Shown here piece by piece: positions 40,689 through 52,975 of a DNA stretch of 64,000 nucleotides. The translations under genes and the position numbers were made by a program. Position 1 is the stretch's first letter. Each line of letters opens with the position of its first letter. A model generated the notes under the pieces. It did not search any database, had not been told where the DNA came from, and saw only the letters and a program-made list of their open reading frames with translations. The stretch comes from Octopus sinensis (taxonomy: Eukaryota), in the NCBI RefSeq assembly GCF_006345805.1, contig NC_043000.1, forward strand, positions 121,024,001 through 121,088,000, read 5' to 3'.

Positions 40689-41186
40689 TTCGTAGATAAA
40701 ACCAAAGAACAATTTTTCGTGCAGTATTTAGATTCCTAAAGAGGCAAGTTACTCGGATGATTAATAGAACGGATTGTCTCCTTTGCATTAATCATTCCAA
40801 CGCTCTTAATTCTGTACTCGAATACCGAGGTAAAATTTATCTTTCACCCTTCCAGGGTATGTAAGCAAAATATCAATACACTGGTGGGATTAATCTTTTT
40901 ATCTGGGCGTATCACTTTTTGAAAGAAATCAGCCAGGTTTGCATATCCGGATGCGACATATTTCAGGATACCATCCCTACGATATCAAAGTTTTCAGGAG
41001 CAAAACCAGTCGCTTACTATACAATACGCGGCATATCTTATGCCATCACCTACATTTGTTCCGTAGTTTATAACTAGTAATATATGCAATATAAGATTTG
41101 GTCATATAAACCGCCCACATACCGGAAAGGTAAGGATGTTTCAAATATCACCATTTTGTATATATATATATTTAATCTAAGGTGTA

Positions 41187-41254
41187 CCTGCTGAAGAAGA
41201 CTTTGTCTAGCAAATTATTTTATTTGCTAAAAAGTCTGAAACCATTGTTCCAGG
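41187..41254 (+). ncRNA. Type I hammerhead ribozyme, HHR repeat copy 1 (unit ~41170-41392)
   Basis: Stem I CCUG/CAGG; core CUGAAGA (41191-41197); stem II AGACUUU/AAAGUCU plus UAGCAAAU/AUUUGCUA (15 bp); GAAA at 41238-41241; stem III ACCA-U-UGUU; cleavage triplet UUC. Confidence 0.7.
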
Positions 41255-41523
41255 AGTTAGATGATGAAAGATTTTATTTTTCATTCCATTCGAAATTTTA
41301 TCCCTAATAGTGGTTTGGAATTTAACTGTCTTCTCTAGCGTATAGGCAGTCCTATGATGGATATCTCTTTTGTGTTTAAATGTACACTGTATTTATATGA
41401 ATAGTATATAGTCTATTGACTTAATTCTTTACTCGCTAGGCCACTGGTAATGGAAATTTCTAATATTTCAGATAACCCTTTGATATTATATGTATATATA
41501 TATATATATATAGATATATATAG

Positions 41524-41556
<33 letters not shown>

Positions 41557-42082
41557 ATCATTGTTAATTTGTGAACACATATGGCTTGAGTCATTTTGTA
41601 CACTGCCTGAGGTGAGACGTATTTCTTGAAACAGAAATTTCTCTACAGGCTGGACTTGTTGCCAGAGAAGATCGTTGAGATATATGTTCTCTGCATGAAT
41701 TATAATTTACCATTTTCCCTTAAATGTTACACTTTAAAGATTCACACTCTGAAATCAAGTGATTTATATGAGCATGTCTCCAGCACATTTGGTCAGTAAC
41801 GTCTCAGCTATTTGAATTATGCAACAATGACATACATTTTCGTTTGCCTTATATTTATATATGTATACATATATATCTATCTATCTATGTATCTATCTAT
41901 CTACCTATCTCTCTGTTTCTCTCTTCTCTCTCTCTGTATATATACGTATATATATATATATATATATATAGATATATATATATATATAATATATATATAT
42001 ATATATTATATATATATATATTGCATATATATACACATTTATATATATACATACACACACACATACACACACACACACACAC

Positions 42083-42140
<58 letters not shown>

Positions 42141-42384
42141 CATACATATATATATGTATGTAACATAGGTTAAAGCATGAATAATAATTACCGAATTCAT
42201 ATTAGGGCAATAGTTTTAACCAAATGCGCTCAGTTAATGTTCAAATAAATCATTTGCTTTTGAGTCGTATGTATATACAGTGAAAAAATAAACGAAGTGT
42301 GAAATTCTAATTCACAACAGAGAAAGTATAATGCATGCTATTATCTTACAGCACGTCTCTTTCCTAAATTAATGCATGTAGAAT

Positions 42385-42420
<36 letters not shown>

Positions 42421-42431
42421 CACGCACACAC

Positions 42432-42496
<65 letters not shown>

Positions 42497-42961
42497 ATAT
42501 ATACATGTCGCGATATATCACATATACTTGTTGTGAAATATACATTTCCAAATTATTTCAACATAAAACATCAAGCATATCCGTCCAAAAACGATTAACA
42601 GCTCTGGTGAGATCAAACATTGCCCATTTTAAATTTTACATATATGTAAAATAATGGTGTCTAGTTTTGGTACAAGGCCAGAAATTCTGCGAGAGGGCGT
42701 AAATCGATTACTTCGAAACCAGTGCTCAAATGGTATTTATTCTCTCGACCCCAAAATGATGAACGGCTACGTCGAACTCAGTGAAAGTTGAAGTCAGAAC
42801 GTATACTCAGGCAAGTATTTTGCCTGGAATGTTACCGACCCCACCAGCCTACTGCTGTGCTATATGTAAAATATTGTCAATGACTGTAACAATTAATGTG
42901 TAACCAAAATCGAAAATGTCCTATTTTATGTTAAAAATGAATAATGGGTATGTATGTATAT

Positions 42962-43210
42962 ATATTCTGTCGTGTCTGGGGAGAGTCATTTTCTTTTTGT
43001 ACCTTATGATGTAACACACTCACCGGTAAAATTTTCACTTTTTTCATATTTTCATTGTCCTAAAATTTTCGTTGCGTCTTGCAACCTTTTTTCAATAGTT
43101 TTGATTCTTTAGGATAATAAAAATAAGAAAAAAGTGGAAATTTTACCGGTGAGTGTGTTACATCATAAGGCACAAAAAGAAAATGACTCTCCCCAGACAC
43201 AACAGAATAT
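42962..43210. repeat. Inverted repeat, ~103-bp arms, 43-nt loop
   Basis: 42962-43064 is the reverse complement of 43108-43210 with about 7 substitutions. Confidence 0.9.
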
Positions 43211-45394
43211 GCTTCAACACACGAACTCATAGAAAGAATCTTGCAAACCAAATCCCCAAACGAAATATGTACGTATATATATATATATATATATATATAT
43301 AAGTATGTATCATATATATATGTATGTATAATAATCTATTATATATATGTATCTATATTAATACGTAGTTTCCTGTCCTTTTTTAGGTAGCATCAACAAA
43401 TAACGCTCTCCATCCAGTGAGAGATAAGTATTATTTAATATCTAAATGAACTACTATGCATGTTTGTGCAACGTGCATTGTGTCTTCAAGGAATCGTTGG
43501 AGCTCAATACACATGTTCGGTCTTGTTAGAAAAATTAGGGTGCATGACTATGAGAAAACACAAGAAAAAACGAAAAGGTTGATGCGAAACTTGGAACGAG
43601 GAGACGAAAGGTGAATAGAAATTGATAAAGAAAGGAAAAAAGAAGTGAAAGAAAAAGAAGAGTCGCATCGTCTTTATATGTCGAAATCATAACAAGTCTA
43701 GCTTGTGTAGATTAATTCGATGGGGGGGGGAGAGGCTAAAATTCGTGATATTTTGAATGTTACTATAAATGTACTAAATATATCTACAAAGTGTCAGGCG
43801 GAAGACTACGTTAAAAAGTGAGTTTCAGAGAGGAAATTCTGTCCTCCTCCAGTATTCCTATTCTCGTGGTATTTCTTCTAGTTTCTTTAACACTGCGAGG
43901 AAAAGCTGTGATGGTTATATTTTCAACTGGTACTTTCGTGATCGATGATATCAATCTAAGGTGGCGAATTGTCTGAACTACAACAATATTAGGAGTAATT
44001 GTGTAATTTTCTTCTGCCCGATTAGTATAAGTTCAAATTCCATCATGACATAAATCATTGATATACGTAAACATTCTTGTGGCTTACACGACTGGCACTA
44101 TAGGTACGTCTAGATGAGTACAATATTTTGGCAGCATTTGGGCCATGGCTCGCCGTGGTTTGAGCAAAACATCCTCCACTTCTCCACCGTGATGGACGCT
44201 ATAGATTGATCATAAGTACTGCCAATTCGAAGAGATATTTCCAGTGTAATTTTTCTGTAATTTTAGAATACCTCTCTCTTGTGGCACGGTTGTAGTGCAT
44301 TTATATTTTTATTCTAGTGTTTCAAGCAACTCAGATGGCCATTTTGGTATAAACATCTTTTTAAATTTAATTTTTAAACATTTTTGTTACTACACCGCAG
44401 CATATCTTTGAAGCTTCCCAGCTTTTTCGTTGGGTGGACAGAAATTTTCTTTCTTCTATACTCTTTCTAATACAAACAACTGAAATGGGTAGTCTTTAAA
44501 ATGTAAATTAATTACATATTTTTTTTTAACATTTTGCATTTCTCCCTTTATGTTACCGCAAGATTTTTTTCTCATAATACTCATGCTTTTACAATGAAAG
44601 TATTAGTGACACTTACACATCATTACATTGAAAAAAAATCAATGTGTTTTTATGTTGCTTCTAATTAAATACTCATACGTCACCTATACGTGTGTTTCCT
44701 TGAAATACACGTGCTTTTAAAATGAAATATTTTTTTCTTGCTTTAAAAAAACTATATCGTTTTTGTCTCGGTATTTCAAGTCAGCCATGATGTTTACTTT
44801 GATATATTTTTTATTTATACATACTTCATATACACTTCATATATTTTTTATACTTTATATATTCTTTTGCTCGATATATTTCATAAGTATATTTCATAAA
44901 TACTTTTACATGATATATTTTATATTTACACCTGCTTTATAATTTTACTTACTACATTTTATATTTATTCTTGACTTACATTTTTACTTGATATATTTTT
45001 ATACTTTATTCTTGATGTATAAAGTAAACTGCAGTGCGTACGTTATTCATCTACTCCTTCTTCGAAAATACACATACTTTTCCACATTTACCTGTCTTCT
45101 GTTTTTTTTTTTACTAGCATAATAAATTGACGTCTCATTTCAAAATTTTAAGAAAACTAATATTTGAAAACTTTTCCAGAAAATATTATGAACTAAATAC
45201 ACGTCTGTCCAGACAATATTTTAAAGTAAGGAGATATATGCCTCTGTGTGAGTACACATATATTGTAAATATTGTTCACCTCACAATAATGAAGCACAAG
45301 AGCATAAAGCTCAGTCCTACATATCTATGCCCCCAAATTCCAAGATTGTCATGTTAAGTCTATAATGAATTTATTTATATATGTATATATATAT

Positions 45395-45655
45395 ATATAG
45401 TTGAAATTTATAGAAAAGCAAAAGACGAAGACAGGTGTATGAACAACAAGAAAGTGTATTAGTTTGACACTTGGGAAAGGGAAAAAGCCTTTTACATTTC
45501 GAGCATAAGCTCTTGGACAGAAAGGAATAAGATGAAATAAATAGAAAGAGAATAAAAAAACGTGTAGAGTTCAGCGCCCGCCCCATATATATATATAGTT
45601 GGAATTTACAGAAAAACAATAGACAAAGATAGGTGTATAAACGATAGGAAGAAAA
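45395..45655 (-). repeat. Tandem partial repeat (~198-bp period) containing a decayed HHR-like motif at 45488-45524
   Basis: Two copies of AGTT(G)AATTTA(T/C)AGAAAA…GGTGTAT. Minus strand reads CCUUU-CUGUCCAA-GAGC/UUAU/GCUC-GAAA-UGUA-AAGG. Confidence 0.5.
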
Positions 45656-45910
45656 TTTACAGAAAGAAAATTATCAGTAGTGATTTATGAATTTTTTCTT
45701 TTTCTCATTCTTATATTTGAAGTGAATCAATTCCCATTCACTTCGGGATAGGTTAACCACTCACGTACTATTCCTGACTTGTTGCACGCGTGTCGAGGCT
45801 TGCTAAAAATAGTTTTATTTGGATATATTTGGGGTACTTATACGTATTCACGTCATTGCATCTGCTTTTCCGTGGGTATGTGTAAAGATTCCATTTATTT
45901 TCATTTTAAG

Positions 45911-45975
45911 TGTTCCTCGCTGATGAAGGAAACGTCCATTCAGATTAATCCAGAAATCGGGCCGATACAGGAACA
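45911..45975 (+). ncRNA. Type I hammerhead ribozyme, second family
   Basis: Stem I UGUUCCU(C)G/CAGGAACA (8 bp, 1 bulge); CUGAUGA at 45920-45926; stem II GGA/UCC flanked by an extra A on each side; GAAA at 45953-45956; palindromic stem III AUCGG-G-CCGAU; triplet AUA. Confidence 0.6.
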
Positions 45976-46268
45976 ACAAAATTTTTATGAATTTCTGTTG
46001 GCTTGCTTCCTCATTTTCGACACTTGTGTAAATAATAATAGTGAAAATATTTTAATATGGTGAGACAATTTAGCGTATATTTCAGTATACTGGCAAAGAA
46101 ATTATTTTCTTTTGCCCTTCTTTTAAACTGTATCTATAATTTCCTTTTTAAAGGTAATTTTAATACGCAATTTCAAAAATTGTGTCCTTATATTTGAAGC
46201 AAATGTGTGTCTGTGTGTATGTATGTATGTATGTGTGTGTGTATGTATGTATGTATGTGTGTGTAAGT

Positions 46269-46309
<41 letters not shown>

Positions 46310-46482
46310 TGAGAGTGTCTGTAATTCATTGGGCTGTCACTGGTTGGCATAATCGGCAGAGCTTTCATAAGAGTAACTGAGAAGTTTGATTTTGATGCCT
46401 TTACATTCTGATTTTTCAGATATCTTCAGAAGGTACGCCTTAGATTAACTATACATACACGTGTATATATATTTAATCTGTA

Positions 46483-46552
46483 CCTGCTGATGAAGTCTTC
46501 GCCTAGAAAATTATTTTATTTGCTAAAAAAAGTCTGAAACCATTGGTCCAGG
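46483..46552 (+). ncRNA. Type I hammerhead ribozyme, HHR repeat copy 2 (unit ~46465-46690)
   Basis: CCUG/CAGG stem I; CUGAUGA at 46487-46493; stem II with mismatches; GAAA at 46536-46539; ACCA-U-UGGU stem III; GUC cleavage site at C46548. Confidence 0.7.
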
Positions 46553-46684
46553 AGTTAGATGGTAAAAGTTTTTATTTTTCATTACATTCGAAATTTTATT
46601 TATAATACTGGTTTTGAATTTAACTGTCTTATCTAGCGAGTAGGTAGACCTATGATGGATACCTCTTTTGTGTTTAAATGTACA

Positions 46685-46755
<71 letters not shown>

Positions 46756-47227
46756 CACGAATAAAAAAAGAGACAATGACAGACTGAAAAAAGGAAAATG
46801 TCCCTTACTTTTAAAAACTAGGGAAATATTTAAAAATATTTTATTCAAATTTTCCACAATGGAATTGTTTTTTTTTTTCATGTTTTACTCATGAAAATGT
46901 TGCTAAGACTGAAACCAGTACTAAAATGTTCTTCACGATAAAATTATTTTAGCATTTTTTCTACCTCCTCTTATTTTCCTTATATACACATATATATATA
47001 TATATATATACACACTCATAATGTATGTGTTTGTGTGTTTTTGTGTGGGGTGAAATGTAAATGGACTTACAGAAATACGATGTTGCCACGCGGACATACA
47101 GTTACATATATTTTGGTATATGCGCTGGTTAGTGGAAAGAAATTGTGACAAATATTGATATGAATTAGGTAATTCTTATATTATTATTTATCTTTCAGCC
47201 TTATAGAATGTTTCGTAAAAACTTATG

Positions 47228-47300
47228 TACCTGCTGATGAAGTCTTCCCCTAGAAAATTATTTTATTTGCTAAAAATGTCTGAAACCATTGGTCCAGGTG
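47228..47300 (+). ncRNA. Type I hammerhead ribozyme, HHR repeat copy 3 (unit ~47226-47405)
   Basis: UACCUG/CAGGUG stem I; CUGAUGA at 47234-47240; GAAA at 47282-47285; ACCA-U-UGGU stem III; GUC site at C47294; stem II more eroded. Confidence 0.65.
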
Positions 47301-47639
47301 TTAGTTGGTAACAGTTTTTATTTTTCATTCCATTCGAAATTTTATTCATAATACTGGTTTGGAATTTAACTGTCTTATCTAGCGTGTAGGTAGTCCTATG
47401 ATGGTAATGCTTGTAAAAAAATGTTGAAATTATTGCTGAAATATATACATTAATCTGCAAATTCAACGAAAAAAAACTTCTTAGGAATGAGGTCGAGTAA
47501 AATTAAATCCCCTTAGATGTGATATTTATTTTGGAGGTAAACATCGATAACCTACAATAAAGAAAAGAATTTATTAGAATTAGGAACCGGAGATAGAATT
47601 CTAAATCCTCAACCTGAAATAGATCTTCCTCCCTGAAGA

Positions 47640-47790
47640 AGTACCCCACCCTGGATTTCTTCCACTGTTATCTGTCTCTGGATAGTCTTTGGTCGGCCTC
47701 TTACTCTTTTCCATTGTCTTGTTATAATTCCGTCACGCTGATTCTTCATCTGTTGTCCTTCAGTTGCCTGATGTGGGCATCTCATCTAAT
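47640..47790 (-). mobile_element. RTE LINE C-terminal relic
   Basis: AHIRQLKDNR*…NGK/RVRGRPKT (one frameshift) matches the RTE W.GH.R…DNRW…GKR.RGRP pattern. Confidence 0.65.
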
Positions 47791-48469
47791 ATTTAGACAT
47801 ATAGTTGTAATTCATAGATAAATACCAATAATTCAGGATGTTATAGTTAAGACTGTCTTAGTTTAACAACAGGAAGTCTACTAGTATGAAATCCTTTCTA
47901 TAATTACGCACATGCATGTAAATAGTGATTTTATGGTTTTGAAACAGGAACGAATAAAATAGTGCGTGGCTGCAAAGAAAATTATGTACATTATTGGACA
48001 TTATTATTAAGTAAAGGTAATAGAATATGTAATATTATAAATTTATGATATGCACAATTTGATAGTAACTGAAAAGTGACAGAAATATTTAAAACTAGTT
48101 AAGTCTTCCGGGTACTAATTAGAATAAGTGTGGATGGTGAAACGAGATATCGTAAATAATTCTAATCATTAGACAAGACATTTGGAAGGGAGAATGACGG
48201 AGAGGATTATGGAACTTTCTTAATATTAAGTGAACTTTGTTTACCACGTTATAATTATTGGTGAGGTAACAAAAAGTTTAAATAAGTATACAATGAATTA
48301 AAGGATTTAAAAATAAATTTAAGTACGAATTTAAAATTCATGGGAGCAATTGTTAACTGTCATGTTATGAAATCCTTGCAAGAATTGCACAGATAACGAC
48401 TGCATTAAATGAACTAAACAGCAACGAAACCAATATGTAGAGATAAAAAGCGTCACTATCGACAAAAAA

Positions 48470-48800
48470 TAAAAGACTGCCATATCTTCTGGTACTTTCC
48501 GTCTTCATGTAGGCATATGAGATATGTATGACACTCACTGTAGGGATCGCAGGCATTAGATATAAGACGGTATCGCACCATCTTTAGCACTTGAAACTTG
48601 AACTACACAATGGATAAGCGTGTTAGTAAAATCATCAAGCATCGAACTGAGCGTACTCAAAGATCTCACAACGATGAAGAAGTTGTGACGGTAGGGTCAT
48701 ATAACAAGACCACTATTATTCAAGAAGTCCTGAAAGGGGAAAGAAAGCGAGGCAGACTGAGAAAGAGAACTTAAAAAAGAATGGCCTGGCACATCGCTTG
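48470..48800 (+). mobile_element. RTE LINE C-terminal relic
   Basis: QALDIRRYRTIF…GHITR/TIIQEVLKGERKRGRLRKR with frameshifts. Confidence 0.6.
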
Positions 48801-49008
48801 TGCGGATCCCAAGAAACACAGACAATCACGATATATAAAAAGATAAATATAAAAATGGTATGCATTTCCCCACAGCAAATGAGGATCCAAGGTTTTGCTC
48901 ACACATGTGCATCAACCCATACATAGTTCTTTGTGAAAGAAAAATAGAACGATAACGAAAAGTAGAGAGATAGATAAATAAAGGTAGGAAGGAAACAGGA
49001 AATACAAA

Positions 49009-49462
49009 GGCGAAGGAGTGGATGTGTAGTAAGAAGGTTGCATACCAACCACATGGCTCCAGGTTCAGTCCCACTGCGTGGCACCTTGGGCAAGTGTCTT
49101 CTGCTATAGCCTCGGGCTGACCAAAGCCTTGTGAGTGTATTTGGTAGACGGAAACTAAAACAAGCCTGTCGTATATACATATATATATATATACATATAT
49201 ATATATATGTGTGTGTGTGTGTGTTTATGTATGTGTGTGTGTGTGTGCGCCTGTGTTTGTCCCTCAACATCGCATGACAACCGATGCTGGTGTGTTTGCG
49301 TCCCCGTAACCTAGCACTTCGGCAAAAGACAGCGATAGAATAAATACTAAGCTTACAAAGAATAAATCCTGGGGTCGATTTGCTCGACTAAAGGCGATGC
49401 TCCAGCATGGCCTCAGTCAAATGACTGAAACAATTAAATATGTAAAAGAGAGCAAAGAGAGT
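49009..49462 (+). mobile_element. SINE A, full length
   Basis: Matches the family consensus. Confidence 0.9.
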
Positions 49463-50749
49463 AGCAGATACAAATACTGGAATGTCTATGAATATAAATA
49501 TCTAACAAAAGTCCAGTTAAGTCGTATACAAATAGGAATGTTTCATTATAGAGAAATGTTATTATCAATAAGGAACGATTAGAGTACACTTCGAGAAAAA
49601 TAAAATAAATTGTTACAAGAAAAAAGGTAGAATCGTGTATGATCTATAATTTGCATAAATGCCAACGTTTGAAGAGACTTTAATGTAAATATAAATTATA
49701 CATGAGCATATACATTAAGATATACACCTGCTTATAAGCTTGACTGTATGAATGTACGTATGCATTTATGTATGTATAATACTACTACGTAAGGATGCAC
49801 ATTGCTAGTGCGTGTGTGTATGTGTGTGTGTGTGTGTATATAAGGCAAAATGTATATTAATAATCGTATTCATACTTATATACATACATTCCTACATGGA
49901 TATATCAGCAGAAGTATACACATACTCTAACGTACACAAGCCTAAACACATACATAATACACACATTTCAATCATTCACATACTAACTCCTTCGTACGTA
50001 TATATTGACAGACACTCCTACACCTACTCACATGTACACTTGTACACACGTACATATGTATTTATATGCAGAGACCATATATATGTTAATATATGCACAC
50101 ATACTCGCCTACATATGCCCTCAATACACACATCTGCTTACATGTATGTATACTGATAAGAGATGCAAAAATCGGTTTGGTGCGGTGTGTGTATGTGTGT
50201 ACTAAATAATATACGTAATAATAATTGAGAGTATTCTACATTAAAAACTAAATGTGAACATGGATACGTAATGAATTATACTGAGAATAAAGATTAAAAT
50301 AAATAGAACAATGGAAAATTAACTCGAACAGAAAACTCTTATAATGATAAAAAACAAAAAGAAAAACGCATATAAAAGTAAATTTGTGCAGTCAATCGAC
50401 ATAAAACAAATTATTGATTATTGAGTTAAAAAAGCTGATGCTACTAAGCATATTTACGTAGAGGATAAGAGCAGGATGAGATGGAATAATAGGTTTGGTC
50501 TCGGTGAGTGTCTTGAAGAATTGCTTGTAGAATTTGAAGAGGTGTGTGGCAAAAAAGTTAATATTTATAGTGCATGTAATGGATCGCAAAACATGTTGTC
50601 ATAGCTATGGTAAAACATTAACAATATGTTAAGCGAGATAAGTATTCGTGTTGGGTATCCAACTGTGTTTCTATCTGTAATGGTTACACAATAGATGAGA
50701 GAGACTGGGTTATTTTACGTGTTCCGGCACACTCTTATATCTGTTATCC

Positions 50750-50940
50750 TTTACTTCTTTCAGTTGGTTAGACTGTGGCCATGCTGTGGTACCGTTTTGA
50801 AGAATTTTTGTGGACGGAATCGACCCCATTATTTATATTTTAAGCCTGGTACTTAGTCTAACCGTATCATTTGCCGAACCGTTAGATTACAGAGAGGTAA
50901 ACACACCAACACCGGTTGTGATGTCGTAGCGTACGGACCA

Positions 50941-51022
<82 letters not shown>

Positions 51023-51183
51023 CTAGACGTTTCTTTCAGTTTCCATCTATCAAATCTACTCAAAAGGCTTTGGTCGGCGGCCCTGCTATATTTTATTTGA
51101 AGATTCTTGCCCATGGTGCTCCGCAGTGAACCTGAACTCTGAACCATATGGTTAGCTTCTTCCTACACAGCCACAACTGCACG
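50750..51183 (-). mobile_element. SINE A, decayed
   Basis: Degenerate tail, (CA)(TA) block and head. Confidence 0.75.
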
Positions 51184-51364
51184 TATGTTAATGACTTGTA
51201 ATGTTTCATAACTTAAATATATCTTGTGGGCGAAATCAAATTCTTTGAAATTGCTTAGTTATTATAAGACATTTGGCATACACTTCTAGGCTTTCAAGTA
51301 TTGTATTTGTTTGTGAAATATTTCAGGTTAGAGAAAGCTCTGCCATAGATAGTAGCTTTTATCT

Positions 51365-51690
51365 TTTACTTATTTCAATCATAAGCCTGCTGCCACGTTT
51401 GAGCACTGCCTTGAACGCTTTAGTGGAAGAATCGACCCCAGTATTTACTTTTAAATTTGGTACTTATTGCATCGATCTCGGTTTATGGAATCGCTAAGTT
51501 AACAGGATGCAAACAGACCAACAATGGTTATCAAGTATTGGTGGCGGACAAATCAGAGACACAAACACACAATCACACAGATATTTTCAGTTTCCGCCAT
51601 CCAAATCCACTTACAAGGCTATGGTCGGCCTGTGGGCATACTAGACGACACCTGCACAAGGTGCCACACAGTGGAACTGAAATTCGAACC
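51365..51690 (-). mobile_element. SINE A, decayed
   Basis: Degenerate match to the family. Confidence 0.7.
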
Positions 51691-52594
51691 ATGTTAATTT
51701 TATACTCCCGATATCAAATGTAGATGGATAGTGAAGTAGCATTCTACAGATATAGTTTCACGATGTATGGACATTACAATCGTAGCTGAATTTAAAAGGA
51801 TTAGTGTTAAGGCCAATATTTTTGATCATTTACTGTTATGTACGGTTATTGTTAAATCAAAGTTTAGTGGAAAAATACTAGTTCGACGTCCCATTGTGCA
51901 TGACATTATCATAACTTCAGTGTAAGAGAGTAAGGGGTTTTGATAGTGGTTCTGTTTTCGAAATTTTCGGAGTAGTAGAATAAGATATTTCGATAGTATT
52001 TCTCTTCTCGAAATGTTTGCACTGTAGCGAAGAATTGTTTCTTCCTATACATTAAAAAATGTTTTTAGATATAGTGGCTGTTAAATTGAACGACGTACTG
52101 CATGTAATTGGTTTACTTTTCCTATTTCAGTAATTAAAAGTTTGTTGTTATTTTCACTGATGCGATTAATATTCTCGGAAATACACAACTGGTGAAAAGA
52201 TCTCAGTTTGAAATCTTATTTGCTTATTTGAAAACATCTTAGTTGGAAGATCTTATTTGGAAGTTTTAGTTGGTTACTTGAAAACATCAGATGTATAAGA
52301 CAAAATATTCTTGCACCTGTCGTTCGTAATATACTAGGTCTAGTTAGAATTTTATATTTGCATATTTTAAAAGTTTATTGAATTTGCGATAAGAATTGTA
52401 AAAAGAGTCGGATATGTTAACGTAAAGACTATGAAATTACCAATGGTGGGGTTTATTTTATATTAAAAGCGATCCAAAGTAGAAAAGGTTTTAAAAAGGA
52501 TTGTAAAACTTTATCAATTTGATGGGTATAAATAATACTGAAAGAGTTAAAATAACTACCAGTATAATTGTTTCGTTGAATATGGTTCTTTGTT

Positions 52595-52975
52595 AAGCGC
52601 ATGGTTCAGGCTTCAGCCCAATAATGTGACAATTTGGGCCAGTATCTTCTACTATAGGCTCATGCCAGCCAAATTTTTGTGAGTGGATTTAGAAGACGGA
52701 AACTGAAGGAAGTCCATCGCATACACAAACACACACATGTACATAAATATGTGTATGAATATCTGTGTGTGTATGTATGTGTATGTTTTTGCCTGTGTCC
52801 CCCCACACCACGGCTTGTCAACTGGTATTGCTGTGTTTACGTCCACGTCATTTAGCGGTTCGACACAAGATTCCGATAGGATAACAACCAGGCTTCAGAA
52901 AATAAATGCTAAAATCTCTTCAAGGCGGTGCCCCAGCTTGGTCGCAGTCTAATGATTGAAACAAGTAAAACATAA
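52595..52975 (+). mobile_element. SINE A, decayed
   Basis: Degenerate match to the family. Confidence 0.75.

Noticed and set aside
41188-47466. The three HHR repeat units read on the minus strand as duplicated exons (…HHRT.YTL.KTVKFQT…LTPG.MVSD, CAG|GTAC donors)
   Set aside because: Differences between copies are almost all non-synonymous, a T-run varies in length and shifts the frame, and the acceptors lack pyrimidine tracts. The + strand ribozyme explains the conservation better.
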